Part shown: piece by piece, positions 52,123 to 64,000 of the stretch
Layout: each line of letters starts with the position of its first letter
Numbering within the stretch: position 1 is the stretch's first letter
Assembly: GCF_018977255.1 (NCBI RefSeq)
Contig: NW_024704742.1
Span: forward strand, 28,088,001-28,152,000
Origin: Callorhinchus milii
Taxonomy: Eukaryota
Direction of reading: 5' to 3'
DNA length: 64,000 nt
Translations under genes and position numbers: made by a program
The notes under the pieces: generated by a model
What the model was told of the DNA's origin: nothing
The model's input: the letters and a program-made list of their open reading frames with translations, nothing else
Databases searched by the model: none

Positions 52123-54280
52123 GTTTACAGAGAGAACTCAGATATTCAGCCAAGTGTTTCAGCTTGGGAGATGAATGCACTGTGAACAGAACTTTCAATC
52201 TATAATATAGGAGTTTCATTATAAATCACTCGCACATGGAAAAGATTAGGGCCAAAATCAAAAGTGTAGGAAGCAAGGAAGAGACAGGTGTTGCATCTGG
52301 TGTGGTTGCAGGACAAAGTGTTTTTTTGTTCAGTTTGTGGTGCCTTTAGCCAGGGTAACACCATATGCTCAGGATTGATGTTTTTTTGTAAGTCTTTTCC
52401 CAGTGGGTTTGGATGGAATGCAGTACACAGCTGCAGACGGGACCAAAGCAGTTTATTAAAACACAATCAAATGGTCAGTAGGCGATTTACTTTCCTTACA
52501 GAATTTACCAAATGTTACTCTGCAGGCAATTTGCTTGTTATATAGTGCTATACATGGCTTAACATGATATTGATACATTTTCCAGAAGCTGGGCTGATGC
52601 TTCAGGCCTGACTGTGTTACAATTACAGGCCAGACCCAAGACTGAAGCCTCAGGTTTGGTTCTGTCAAATTGAGTTAAAACTAGACAGAAAGAGAGAGGA
52701 AGGAAGGAAGGCAAAATAGAGCCAGGTCAACTCTACAGGGATGAGAAACGGGCAACAACAAACAAGAGAGGTGAAAAGCTTGTTGTCCCTCAAGCCCGTC
52801 ATACAAATATGAATTGACCAGAATTGATGCATATTATCAATCTTACCAAAACCGAATCATTTTCTGCATGTGTATCGATCATAACTGTAACCTTGAAATG
52901 GCAGCAGACTTTCCTTGGAAAACAGATGTTGGCTCTTCATCCATTACCTAATGACACCCTGAGGTGCTATTATGGTAGAGTATTTTTCTTTGCTACAAGA
53001 TGGGGCTTTGACTCCAGCCTCGCAATCACATCCTTGGATTTATATAGGTTTAAAAACGTATTTCAGCCTGAACAAAAGTTTAGAAAAGTTATAAAAGGGA
53101 AGAATGAAATAGGTTAAAAAAAAAGGAGAGAGAATAAAGTAGTTGAGGAAATGGAGCAAATAGAAAAATACTATGTATGTAAATATAATAGGAGGAGCAG
53201 AAGTGAAGTATTGATTTTTATACATTTATGTTAATCCATCAATGGATATACCATCAGTGGCCGTACCTTGAACCACTAACCTCTGGAACCCTCTGCCATA
53301 ATCCCTCTGCCTCAACCCTCTTTAATTATCCTTAAATGCCCCATTTGACCGTGCTTATTATCAGCTCCCCCTTCTCCTTTGCTTGGCATCCAACCCACCA
53401 CTGTGCATCGCTATGAGATGCTATCCTACATGAAGGACGCTATATGAAAGCAAGTCACTGTTGTTTGAAAGTGTGTTTTTCAGAATCTCCTATCTCTGAG
53501 GGTGGTCCAAAGGCCCAAGGAATCTCAGAATCTTATATTTTCTGCAGCTCTAAAAAAAGAGATTAAGTAAATTTGGGAATTTTCAAATTTTTGCCAGGGG
53601 CCTCCTTTATCTAAAGTCTAATTGTAATTACTAAAACTACTAATAAAAAATAATTATTGCACTTGACATAGCATTTATAAGATCAAAGAGTCTCAAAGCA
53701 ATTCACTGGGAATTCCAGCCAAGTATAGTAACTGTGTATTTGTGACAAATGTTGCATCTGTTTTGTGTACCGCAAGATCCTATAAACAATTGTGGAATTT
53801 GTGATCAATTTTTCTAGAGGAATGTTGTCCAGGACTCTAGGAAGAGGTCCCTTCTCATTTTGAATATAGGATACTATATTATAATAATAATTATATTATT
53901 ATTACTATTGTTAGTACTGTAAGCTGAAACATACATGCCTGCTTGGCTCAGAAACATAGGAGATTCCCCAGACCTGACTGTAATCTAAATATGGAAGAAG
54001 TGTGTTAGCCTTGCTCGGTTGTTAGCATTCTCACCTCTGAGTCAGAAGGTTGTGGGTTCAAGGCCCATGTTGGGACTTGGACCTCATGTAGTCCAGGCTG
54101 ATACTTCAATTCGGTCCTGTGGAGGTGAATGGTGCTGTATTATTGGAGGCACCGTTCTTCATATGAAACATTAAACTAAGTTCTGGAATCCTGTTCAGGT
54201 GGACGTTAAAGATCCCATGGAACAACTCAAAAATGAAGGATGTTTCTCCCTGTGTCCTGGCCAACAATCCACAGAATAAA

Positions 54281-55250
54281 CAAAATGCACCATACTGCAG
54301 ATGCTGGAAATCTGAAGCAAAAACAAAAGTTGCTGGGAACACTCAGCAGGTCAGGCAACATCTATGGAGAAAGGAAAGTGAGTCAACATTTCAGGTCCAT
54401 GACCCTTCCATCAGAACTGGGGCAGGTTGAGAGGGAGAGGCTTTTAAGGGCTAACAAAGAGGGGGGAGGCAGGGCAAGGAAGACAAAGGAGAAAATGGGG
54501 TAGAGGACAGGGGATGATGGGTTAAAGCGGTGTTCATGTTGCAAAACAAAGTGGGGATTGCAGCAAAGCAGGGGAAAAGAGGTGTTAATACTACAGAACA
54601 AACGTGGGAAAATTGCAGCAAGACAGGCAGACCAGAGAGAGAAATTATATGTCTGGGACCAAGATGATATGATAATGGTCACAGACGAGGGAGAGGGGGA
54701 AGATGAGCTGTTATGGTCTGAAATTGTTGAAATCAATATTGAGGCCAGAGGGCTGGAAGGTCCCTAGCAGCTAAATGAGGTGTTTTTCCTCGAGCTTGTG
54801 CTGTGGCTCATTGGAACAGCGTAGGAGACTGTGGATGGAGAGGTCAGAGTGCGAGTGGGAGGGAGAGTTGAAGTGGCATTACCATATCATCTTGGTCCCA
54901 GACACACTTTTTCTCTCTCTAGTCTGCCTATCTTGCTACAATTTTCCCCCCCTTTGTTTTGCAGTATTAATACCTCTATTCCCCTGCTTTGTTGCAATCC
55001 CCCCCTTTGTTTTGCATCATTAACACTGCTTTAACTTATCATCAGCTGCCCTCTACCCCATTTTCTCCATTGTTTTCCTTGCCCTGCCTCCCCCCTCTCT
55101 GTTTCCCTTTAAAAGCCTCTCCCTCCCAACCTGCCCCAGTTCTGATGAAGGGTCACGGACCCGAAACGTTGACTCACTTTCCTTTCTCCATAGATGTTGC
55201 CTGACCTGCTGAGTGTTCCCAGTGATTTCTGTTTTCATTTCACAAAGCCC
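54281..55250. mobile_element. Penelope-like element: minus-strand ORF end and 3' region followed by an inverted copy of the 3' region
   Basis: 54711-54878 (-) reads CHFNSPSHSHSDLSIHSLLRCSNEPQHKLEEKHLI*LLGTFQPSGLNIDFNNFRP* (C-terminus of the GIY-YIG endonuclease region); about 54322-54671 is the reverse complement of about 54883-55237. Confidence 0.88.
55138..55174 (+). ncRNA. Minimal type I hammerhead ribozyme motif of the Penelope repeat
   Basis: AGUU-CUGAUGA-A-GGGUC-ACG-GACCC-GAAAC-GUU-GACU: catalytic core, 5-bp stem II, palindromic ACGU stem III, 4-bp stem I. Confidence 0.72.
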
Positions 55251-55737
55251 CAGAATAAAATTGGTCATTCGCTTCATAACTGTTTGTTGGATATTATTGT
55301 GGATATTACTGTACTACTACATTTACCTACAACTTACAAGGTCACTACCTTTTACAATGAAGTACTTTGGGATATCTTCCTGACGTGAAAGGTGCTCTAT
55401 CAAAATCAGAGGTTATTATATGAAGTGCTTAAGCCAACTGTGGTAAACGGCACAACTGTCCATCAAATAGGTTGAAATACTGCGAATAAAAGTCAAATTC
55501 TCTGCTCCCTGTGACTGACCTAACATGAATTTAAGAGAACTTAAGAGAACAGCTATGTTGTAGCTGTTTATGACTTCAGTCTTTCACTAATACTTATATG
55601 AATCCTTATATTTCATATAGTGCTTTTCACATTGGTAGTACATCTCAAATCATAGAATTTATTGTAAATTAGAATGACTGTGTATTTCATAGGCAAATGC
55701 TCCAGCCAGTTTGTGCAGGGCTATTTCCCACAAATGG

Positions 55738-56061
55738 TTATAATAATAATGATAATAATCCTTACATTTGACATAGTGTTTTTCACGTCTTCTCGACGTC
55801 TCAAATTGCTTCGCAGAATAGACTGTAAAGTGAATTGATCGTATATTCGTGGGCGAAACGCGACAGACAATTGCGCACAGCAGTGTCCCACAAACAGTCG
55901 TGGATTGAAAATGACCAATTTATTATTGCTTTGTTTTGGAGGGATTATTATTCGGCGTGTGGAGTAAGGAAACTTGCCCAAGATTTCGCCCTGCCTGGAA
56001 TTGAACCCAGGTGTCTCGCTTGCAAGGCGAGTGTTTTTACCACTGAGCTACAGGACTTCAC
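55738..56061 (-). mobile_element. tRNA-derived SINE, subfamily A
   Basis: Reverse complement of the 32226-type element; tail loop GAGAA. Confidence 0.92.
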
Positions 56062-56064
56062 AAT

Positions 56065-56280
56065 TATGAAGTGAGGCAAAGGAAGGCCAAGGCAAAGGAA
56101 CTCCAAAGACTGGGAGTGACTAGACTGAAAGTCCGACTGCTGATGATGGGGTGGGCTGAATGGGGGAACGTGAAGTAGGCTAATACCTGCCGATCAGAGG
56201 AAGTGGTAAGATTGGTAGGGTTTAAGAAGGTCATAGACGTAGGAATGAGCAAGACCGTGGAGAGCTTTAAAAGTGACAAC
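56065..56280 (-). mobile_element. Old L2 fragment
   Basis: SRTFSLVTPSLWSS. Confidence 0.6.
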
Positions 56281-57374
56281 AATGCAACAAAACTTTTAGC
56301 AACAAAGATAATTCCCACCAATAATAAATTATCACATTGCATGTTTTTGAACTCTTTGGTGTTCAAAGTTGTATCTTGCAGAGCCTTGCTTCTTAAGAAA
56401 TCCAATATGTAACCATTTCCAACAGGACTGTTTAATGAGGAATCGGGGAGTCCGTCACATTGACTGACAGGATCTACTTTTGCATCAGAATTTCCATGAG
56501 TCAGTGTGACGTGCGTTATGTATTTCCGATTAAATAACGAGGTCCACTTGTATTCTCTACTAAGCAATCTCATTCAAAATAGCCTCTTAAAGCACAGCCC
56601 CCGTTAACCATTGAAATTGACAGCACACGGGAAGGCCATTTGTCCTGTCATGTCTGAGCTGGTTGTTTGAAAAGAGCAATCCATTCAGTTCAAGTTACCT
56701 GTTTTTTCTCTAAACATCTGCAAATTACACCTTTTACACATCTAATTCCCTCTTGGCAGCTGATATGGATTCTGCCTCAACCATCGCACCCGGCTAGACA
56801 CTCCATCCTGACAAATATGTGCTAAATACCGAATAAGCTGAATATAATGAGACTAGGCTAAATCCGATGTTTAGTGCTTAGCGTGAACTCCTTTGACTTT
56901 TCTAATTCTGGAACAAGCAGACGATTAAAATGGCTTATTTAAAATAGGATGTATGGGCAAAGTATGGTGTGTTGGCTTGAAACATTGAGCCATGACTCAG
57001 CATCCCACAAATTTCTTCTTCCCCACAATTTTCCCGAAAGACAGTAAATTTCCTACGTTAACTCTAGTATCTGAAGAAGCCTTGCAATTTACTGGCTGCA
57101 TTAAACAATTTTAGAGGGTGATGCATTACTCCCTTTAGATGGTTTCTCGTGGCAGCTCCATAGCAAGGATGGTCAGCAAGGAAAGAGATAGTTTGTCTCG
57201 ACTCCTCATCCATTATAAAATGTATGTTAAAATAGAAGGTAAACTGTGTTACACATTGTTATCGCACCACATACTGCATTTGCCACCCATAGAGTGAAAT
57301 AGTGCAAAAAGTTTTTTTTGTGAGATTTGCAATCCATTCATCATGTATCATATATTACTTACATATATTTATGT

Positions 57375-58925
57375 TACAGTAACTCTGGCACAAATCTTTC
57401 AAAAATCACTGAATACTGGAGAGCTGCCAGGGGATTGGAGAAAGTCAGATGTTACTCCTATTTTTAAGAAAGATAACAAAAATGACCCAGGACACTACAG
57501 ACTAGTAAGTTTGACGTCCATTGTGGGTAAAATTATGGCAACTCTAATTCAGGATAAAATCATGGAGCATCTGGACAGAAATAAAAATATAAATGATAGT
57601 CAATTTGGGTTCATGAAAGGGAGGTCTTGCCAATCTAATTTACTGGTTTTCCTTGACGGTGTGACAAGGGAGCTGGATAATGCTGTTGACGTTGCATATC
57701 TGGATTTCAGTAAGGCCTTTGATACAGTTCCTCTTGAGAGGCTGGTACTGAAAGTAAAGAAAGCGGAATCAGTTGAGTTATATTACAATGGATGTGCAAC
57801 TGGTTGACCGCAACCCAGAGGGTGGTGGTACAGGGAATGTCATCAGACTGGGAAAATGTTACCGTGGAGTTCCACAAGGGCTGTTTTGGGACCTCTTTTG
57901 TTTAATATTTTTATAAATGATCTGGAACTAGGAGTCGCAAGCACTGTGGTTAAATCTGCAGAAGGCACCAAGCTAATGAATGTGGTAGATTGCGAAGCTG
58001 AACAAGGTTCCAGGAGCATTTGAACATACTTGGGAATTGGGCAGATTGGTGGCAGATGGAATTCAATGTGGAGAAATGCAGGCAGATGGAGTTAGGTTAG
58101 AAGATCAGCCATGATCTTATTGAATGGTGGGGCAGGCTCGAGGGACTGAATGGCCTACTCCTGCTCCTAATTCCTATGCTCTTATGTAAAGTACTTCACA
58201 TGGGGACAAAAGGCAAGGGACTATTATTTGAACAGAAGAAAAATAATATGTATGGAAAATGAAAAGGACCTGGGGTCCTGATTGACAATAAATTGAAGCT
58301 CTCCCAACAATGCTCTGAGGCAGTAAGTAAAGCAAACTAGATGCTAGGATGTATCATAAGATCAACAGCAAGCTGAAATAGTGAGGTAATCCTGCAACTG
58401 TATAAATCATTGGTGAGACCATACTTGGAGTACTATGTAGAGTTCTGGCCACCACAGTACAAAAAAGGATATTGGAGAAATCAAGAAGATACAGAGGAGG
58501 GCAACCAAAATGAATGAGAGTATGGAGGGACTGTACTATGAGGAGCTACTAAGTAAATTGGGCATGTTCACACTGGAAAAGAGAAGATTGAGAGGCAACA
58601 TAATTGTTGTCTTTCAGATTCTAATGGGCCTTGACAATATAGATCATGACAGTTTGTTTCAACTTGTCCAGAATAGTAAAACTAGAGGACACGGCCTGTG
58701 ATTAAAAGGGGGCAAATTCGGAACGAATATACCCCAACAGGGAGATGGTTGAAGCAGGAAGTGTTGATTTTTTTCAAACGCATTAGATTAGATAGTTTTA
58801 GGAAATAACATGGGATTTACTACATAGGTAGTTTGGAATATATGTACATGCGACGGTCAGGAAGGTGAAAGGCGAACTAGATGGATCTTGTTTTTTTTTG
58901 TTTATCATTTCTTATGTTCTTATGT
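57375..58925 (+). mobile_element. CR1 ORF2 3' half (RT to tail) with a second CR1 tail nested at about 58081-58186
   Basis: IFQKSLNTGELPGDWRKSDVTPIFKK, QFGFMKGRSCQSNL, YLDFSKAFDTV, LEKRRLRG; tail ttcttatgttcttatg. Confidence 0.93.
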
Positions 58926-59229
58926 TAACAGTGATCTGTATGGTGTACGTTTAATGTTGGACAGGACACTGAGAGAAACTCCCTGCTCCAGATTGCCTCA
59001 CTGCAGAAAGAAACCATTTGGCCCATTGTGCCTGTACCCACTGTGCCTCAGAGCATTGTTGGCAGAGCTGTTTGTTGCCTCCAGATAATTTCATATGTCA
59101 CTGGTGATAATTATCACTTCACACATCATGAATTTCCCCACAAAAAGATTTAATGAGTGGATAATTCTTCCCTGTGGTTTAGAGGATAAATGTACCTTGA
59201 GTAATGCAGGGCAACAAAGTTGGTAATTG

Positions 59230-59470
59230 TTTCAATGTCTGATCTGGGCTGAGCCAGATAATCTCAGTTGGAGAAGCAGTCAGGATGGTGCAATTGACCT
59301 CAGAGACTCTGAGTTAGGAAAGAGCAAAAAAACGTATCCAGAGTTCAGGCACTGGTTACCAGTAGTATTCAGCAGCCCACACTGGGAAATGTAGGTGACT
59401 AAACTGCTTAAAGCAGAATGACTGTATGATAAACTCATACGTAAAGGTTAGTTCAATGTTCAGTATTATT
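59230..59470 (+). mobile_element. Ancient AmnSINE2-like SINE
   Basis: tctgggctgagccagataatctcag...gcaattgacctcag resembles the remembered consensus. Confidence 0.45.
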
Positions 59471-59589
59471 TCATTAAATGTGCCTTTTAAAAATTGCTTT
59501 TACAATCCAACATTTTTTGCAACGTAGGAATTTATGCCATTGTTTTATGTCTTTGGAACGAAAGAAGTTTTTTTACTTATAGTCCTTTA

Positions 59590-59975
59590 TTGAGTGAAAT
59601 TCTCAAGAGTGCTTCACAAATGATTATTGTCAAATGTTCTGCCTTTTTTTGAAAGCAAACATGGCACTTAATTGTGCCAGCAACAACCCACACATAACCA
59701 GAAGGTGAATGATTAATTAAACTGAGGATTACTTGTCTAGTCACCAAGAGAATCTCCCTTCTCTTTTTGAATATTGTCATGAGATCGTTAAAATCCATAT
59801 GAAAAGGTAGGCAGTACTTTAGCTTAGCATCTCAATCGAACGATGACATCTGACAAACAACATTCCTTCAATACTGCACTGGAGTGTCATCAGACTTTGA
59901 GCTCAAGTCTTGACATGGGTATTAAACCCCAAGTCTATTCACCCAAAGACAATAGTGCTGCCAGCGGAGACAAGC
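59590..59975 (-). mobile_element. Old Deu-type SINE
   Basis: ccttcaatactgcactggagtgtca plus a reverse tail. Confidence 0.6.
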
Positions 59976-60179
59976 AAAGTAAAATTAGACAAAGATTTCC
60001 TTTAAACATAGCTTTTATTGTTCCACCAATTATGATCTGAAAGTATTAGATGACACTTAGGGCATGTTATCAAATGATGACCTGCCTCTGAGCAGAAGAG
60101 CATCAGTGTACTAGGAATGGTGCAGGGAATATTTGCTCGGTGGCACTATCTGTGCTACTCTACTGCACTGCAGATTTGA

Positions 60180-60342
60180 TGATGATTGCATTTGATATAG
60201 CGGCTTATCACATCATTGAGACTTCACAAAGCGCTTCACAGAATATATTGTAAAGTGGATTGACTGTCTATTTTGTGGGCGAAACTCAACAGCCAATTGC
60301 ACACAGCCATGTCCCACAAACAGTTGTGGACTGAGTGACCAA
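60180..60342 (-). mobile_element. SINE 3' half, abutted by the following L2
   Basis: ttgcatttgatatagcg...gtcccacaaacag. Confidence 0.85.
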
Positions 60343-61625
60343 CAGCAAAATTACATTTGCAAACATTTGTATAACGCCATTCACGTCGGAAGGATGTCCC
60401 AAGGCGCTGAACAATCAGTGTTTTGGACCCAAACCGGTTGATCAGGATTGGGGAGGGCAGTGGGGGTAAGAAGGTGATCAAAGGCACGGTTGAAGAGGAG
60501 GGTCTTGAGACGGGTCTTGAAGGAGGCAAGGGAGGGGATGAGGCAGAGGGACTGTGGGGTGGAGTTCCAGAGGGTGGGGGCAGAGTGGCTGAAGGCCCGT
60601 CTGACAATGGTGGGGCGGCCGAGGCGGGGTTGTGAAGCAGGCTGGGTGTGAGCAGGTTGGTAGGGGAATAGGTGGTTGCAGAGGTAGGGGTGAGCAAGGC
60701 CACGGAGGGCTTTTAAGGAGAGGAAAAAGGATGTTGAACTGTATCCTCTGTGCGATGGGAAGCCAGTGGAGTCTGGCGAGGATGCAGGTGTTAGGGTCAT
60801 GGAGCCTGGTGTGGGAGAGGATAAGGGGCTGCAGAGTTCTGGATGATCTGCAGCTTATGGAGGGAGAAATTGGGGAGACTGACAAGCAGGGAGTTTGCAT
60901 AGACAAGACTGGATGTTGTGAATGCAAGTATGAGGCCTGTGGTTTGAGATGGTGCTGGAGCCGGGTGATGTTGCAGAGGTGCGGGAAGGTAGAGCAGATC
61001 ATGGCACGGATGTGGGGTTGAAAGGATAGTTGAGGGTCAAACAACACGCCGAGGTTCTGGACTGGCTCAGTGAGGTGGAGCGCGCATCCTTGGACGGTGA
61101 TCATGTCAGCGCCTGAGATTACAGGAGCCAATCAGGAGAGGCTCGGTCTTGTTGACGTTCAACTGGAGAAAGTTAGCTCTCATCCAGGACTTGATGTCTG
61201 ACAGACATTCTGTCAGCACAGCAGTGGTCCTGGAGTCGAGGGTGAAGGCAGAGAGATAGAGTTAGGTGTCATAATAATAATAATAATCCTTGCATTTGAT
61301 ATAGCGCTTTTCACGTCGGGAGGACGTCCCAAAGCACTTCACAGAACACACTGTAAAGTGAATTGACTGTATATTTGTGGGCGAACGCAGCAGCTAATTG
61401 TGCACAGCAATGTCCCACAAACAGTCGTAGATTGAAAATGACCAATTTATTATTGTTTTGGGGTTTTGGAGGGATTATTATTAGGCTCTGTGTGGAGTAA
61501 GGAAACTTGCCCAAGGTTTCGCCCTGCCTGGAACTGAACTCAGGTCTCTCGCTTGCAAAGCGAGTGCTCTAACCACTGAGCTAAAGGTCATCTGCATACA
61601 CGTGGAAGTTGACCCCATGTCGTGG
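60343..61625 (-). mobile_element. L2 RT C-terminal half, interrupted in the YADD motif by a young SINE
   Basis: QNLGVLFDPQLSF, LHWLPIAQRIQF; HVYADD|T split at 61272/61587. Confidence 0.92.
61273..61586 (-). mobile_element. Young SINE subfamily A, slightly 5'-truncated
   Basis: TSD GTCAT at 61268-61272 and 61587-61591; closely matches 32226-32546. Confidence 0.95.
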
Positions 61626-62149
61626 AAAAGGGGCCGGAAGGGAAAACGCAGGAATAAGTTGAATGGAGCATTTTTCTCACTTCTAAAATGACCACATTGT
61701 TTCACAGAACAGACATGTGAAAGGTGAGTCACCCTGCCCTCCAGAGGCTTCAGCCAAGCTAAGCGTCAGACCGTACAGACCAATGGGCTGCAATGTAAAT
61801 GTTTGGAAGCAAACTTCTGAACAACATTAGACTGTTAATTGTTTTCCTAACCTGTTTACGAATACTAAAAACAAATTAACTGTGAAGGAAGTGATTAATG
61901 TGCCATGTTGCAATGCACATCGCACACGGCAGGAACAGTTAACCTGTCCAATCAGATATGCTTCTGTTCTGCCCTGTGCTCTTCTAAATGTGCATCCGAA
62001 TGGTTGGTTTGCATTTTCTGTCTGAGCAAAATGATTGTTTTCCTCTTACCACGTCTGTTCCCCCACAATTCTCCTGTGATGTAAATGTTTTATGAGGCAA
62101 CTTTCATTTCAGTCACTTCAGCTTTATCATGCAGGTAATCATGCCCCTT

Positions 62150-64000
62150 CCATCAAGACCCACGACCCACCTGTTGTGGCATCGGTATTGCCCTCATTTC
62201 CAGGTCCTCACTGGGTCTATCCTCTTACTCCTCTGGATCCTTCTCGTCATTTGAGCACCTCACTCTCTACCATTCCTCCAATCTCTCCTTAAAAATCCTC
62301 CTCATCTATCGTCGCCCTCCCACAAACCCTCCTCCACTTTCCTCTCTTGATATCTCCACCCTCCTGTCTTCCCTCTGCGTCTGTTCTGAACTCCTCATCA
62401 TCTTGAGCGACTTTAATCTCCACTTCACCCCTTCTTGCTCCACATCTGCTGACTTCTCCTCCCTCCTCTCACAACCTCTCCCTCCACATCAACTCCGCCA
62501 CTCACATCCATGGCCACCCGCTAGACCCGGTGATCACCCGGAGCCTTATTGTCTCTGATGTCACCATCACTGGCAAAGATATTTCAGATCACTAGTTCAT
62601 CTCCCTTATCTCCTCCACCCCCCTCCCTGCCACTCACCCCACGTGCATCTCCTTTTGCCCCTGGAGAAAAATCCCCCTCCATGCCCTTTCCGCTGCTCTG
62701 AAAGCATCTGAACTCCTACCCCTCAGGCCCTCCTCCTGCAATGACCTACCCTCTTTGGGCACCTTTTTAAACAACTCCCTCTAGGCTATCCTCAACACGC
62801 TTGCCCCAGTCATCTTCCGAGCTGCCTCTTATTCGCATAAATCCCGCTGGTACATCAGCCACCTCCGCTCCCTCAAATCTCAGGTGTTCCAAATTCATCT
62901 GGTGCAAATCCAAGTTAACGGTTCACCGTCAGATCTCACAGGACTGCCCCAGATCTACTGCTCTGCCCTCACCTCAGCTAAGTCATCCTTCAATTCCAAA
63001 ATCATCTTGGAAGCTAAGGATAACCACCGACTCCTCTTTTCTACCACAAACCAACTCCTCCGTCCACCCTCCCATGCCTCTGCCATCTTCTCTTCCAACA
63101 CCAACTGTGAGGAGATGATGGACTTCCTCAATTTCAAAGTCGAGAGGATCCGCTCTGCCACCTCTAATCACCATCCCCCCACCTTCTGCTCCCCTTCCAG
63201 CACCCCCACTTATTCCTCCCTCCCTCCCCACTCTTGACCCTATCTCCCCCTCTTCACTCACCTCCATCATTTCCCATATAAAACCCACCTGCTCCCTTAA
63301 GCCCATCCCTATCCCTCTCTTCACCTCCCAGCTCCACCTCCTTGCCCCCCCCCCCCACCACTAACAGACCTTGTTAACCTTTCCCTGTCTACTGAAACCA
63401 TACCGATCCCCCTAAAGACAGCCATCATCACCCCTACCTTCAAAAAACCTTCCCTTGACCCATCTCTACTCTTCAACTACTACCCCGTTTCAACCCTTCC
63501 TTTTCTATCAAAGGTCATGGAACGAGTTGTTGCTTCCCAACTTCGCTCTTTCTTCTCTCCGAATTCCCTCCATGACCTCCTCCAATCTGGGTTTCATGCT
63601 GCTCACAGCATAGACACAGCCCTGGTCAAAGTGACAAATGACATTCTGTCTACCTGTGTCTCTGTTTCCTTGTCCTTCTCGACCTCTCGACCGCTTTCAA
63701 TAATGTTGACCACACTATTCTTCTCAACCGCTTCTCATCTCACCTCCACCTCAGTGGTTTTGTTCTTGCCTAGTTCTATTCCTCCCATTCCCACCATCTG
63801 CATTCCCTGGTAACCAACGGCTTCTCCTCTAGCCCCGCACTATCACATGTGATGTCCTTCAGGGCTCTGTCCTCGGTTCCCTTCTCTTCAATCCGTACGT
63901 GCTCCTGTTCGGTGATGTCATCCGCAGCCATGTGGTCAATTTCCACATGTATGCAGACGACACCTTACTCCATCTGGCCGCCTCCACCTTCGACTCCAGG
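62150..64000 (+). mobile_element. Long L2 ORF2 (endonuclease + RT), degenerate; runs off the window
   Basis: SSFEHL, IILSDFNLH, THIHGHPLD, ISDH; QSGFHAAHSIDTALVKVTND, QGSVLG, FHMYADDT. Confidence 0.92.

Larger units (their letters stand above)
54001..55420 (+). mobile_element. Deu-domain SINE (54001-54280 and 55251-55420) split by a Penelope insertion
   Basis: caggtggacgttaaagatcccatgg core; sequence resumes after repeated CAGAATAAA (54272-54280, 55251-55259). Confidence 0.82.

Overview
Vertebrate genomic DNA, not prokaryotic. The repeat set (CR1 and L2 LINEs, Deu-domain and tRNA-derived SINEs, Penelope) points to a cartilaginous fish, possibly a chimaera; this assignment is an inference. 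The window is almost entirely intronic. The only host coding sequence I found is one 240-nt, phase-0 exon (22417-22656, + strand) encoding part of the FH2 domain of a Diaphanous formin, most like DIAPH1, with at least 22 kb and 41 kb of apparent intron on either side. Nearly all ORFs in the supplied track are LINE fragments, their antisense or out-of-frame shadows, or noise. Most notable: (1) a Penelope-like inverted-repeat insertion carrying a minimal hammerhead ribozyme motif on the host sense strand; (2) a SINE family whose youngest-looking copies share the 3' recognition loop of the young L2 family, with reciprocal SINE/L2 nesting; (3) unusual long duplications at insertion junctions; (4) palindromic MITE-like elements, a miRNA-sized hairpin, a hAT MITE and a Gypsy gag fossil. 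I found no clear evidence of a wholly new biological system. Repeat boundaries were read by eye and are approximate unless target-site duplication (TSD) coordinates are given.
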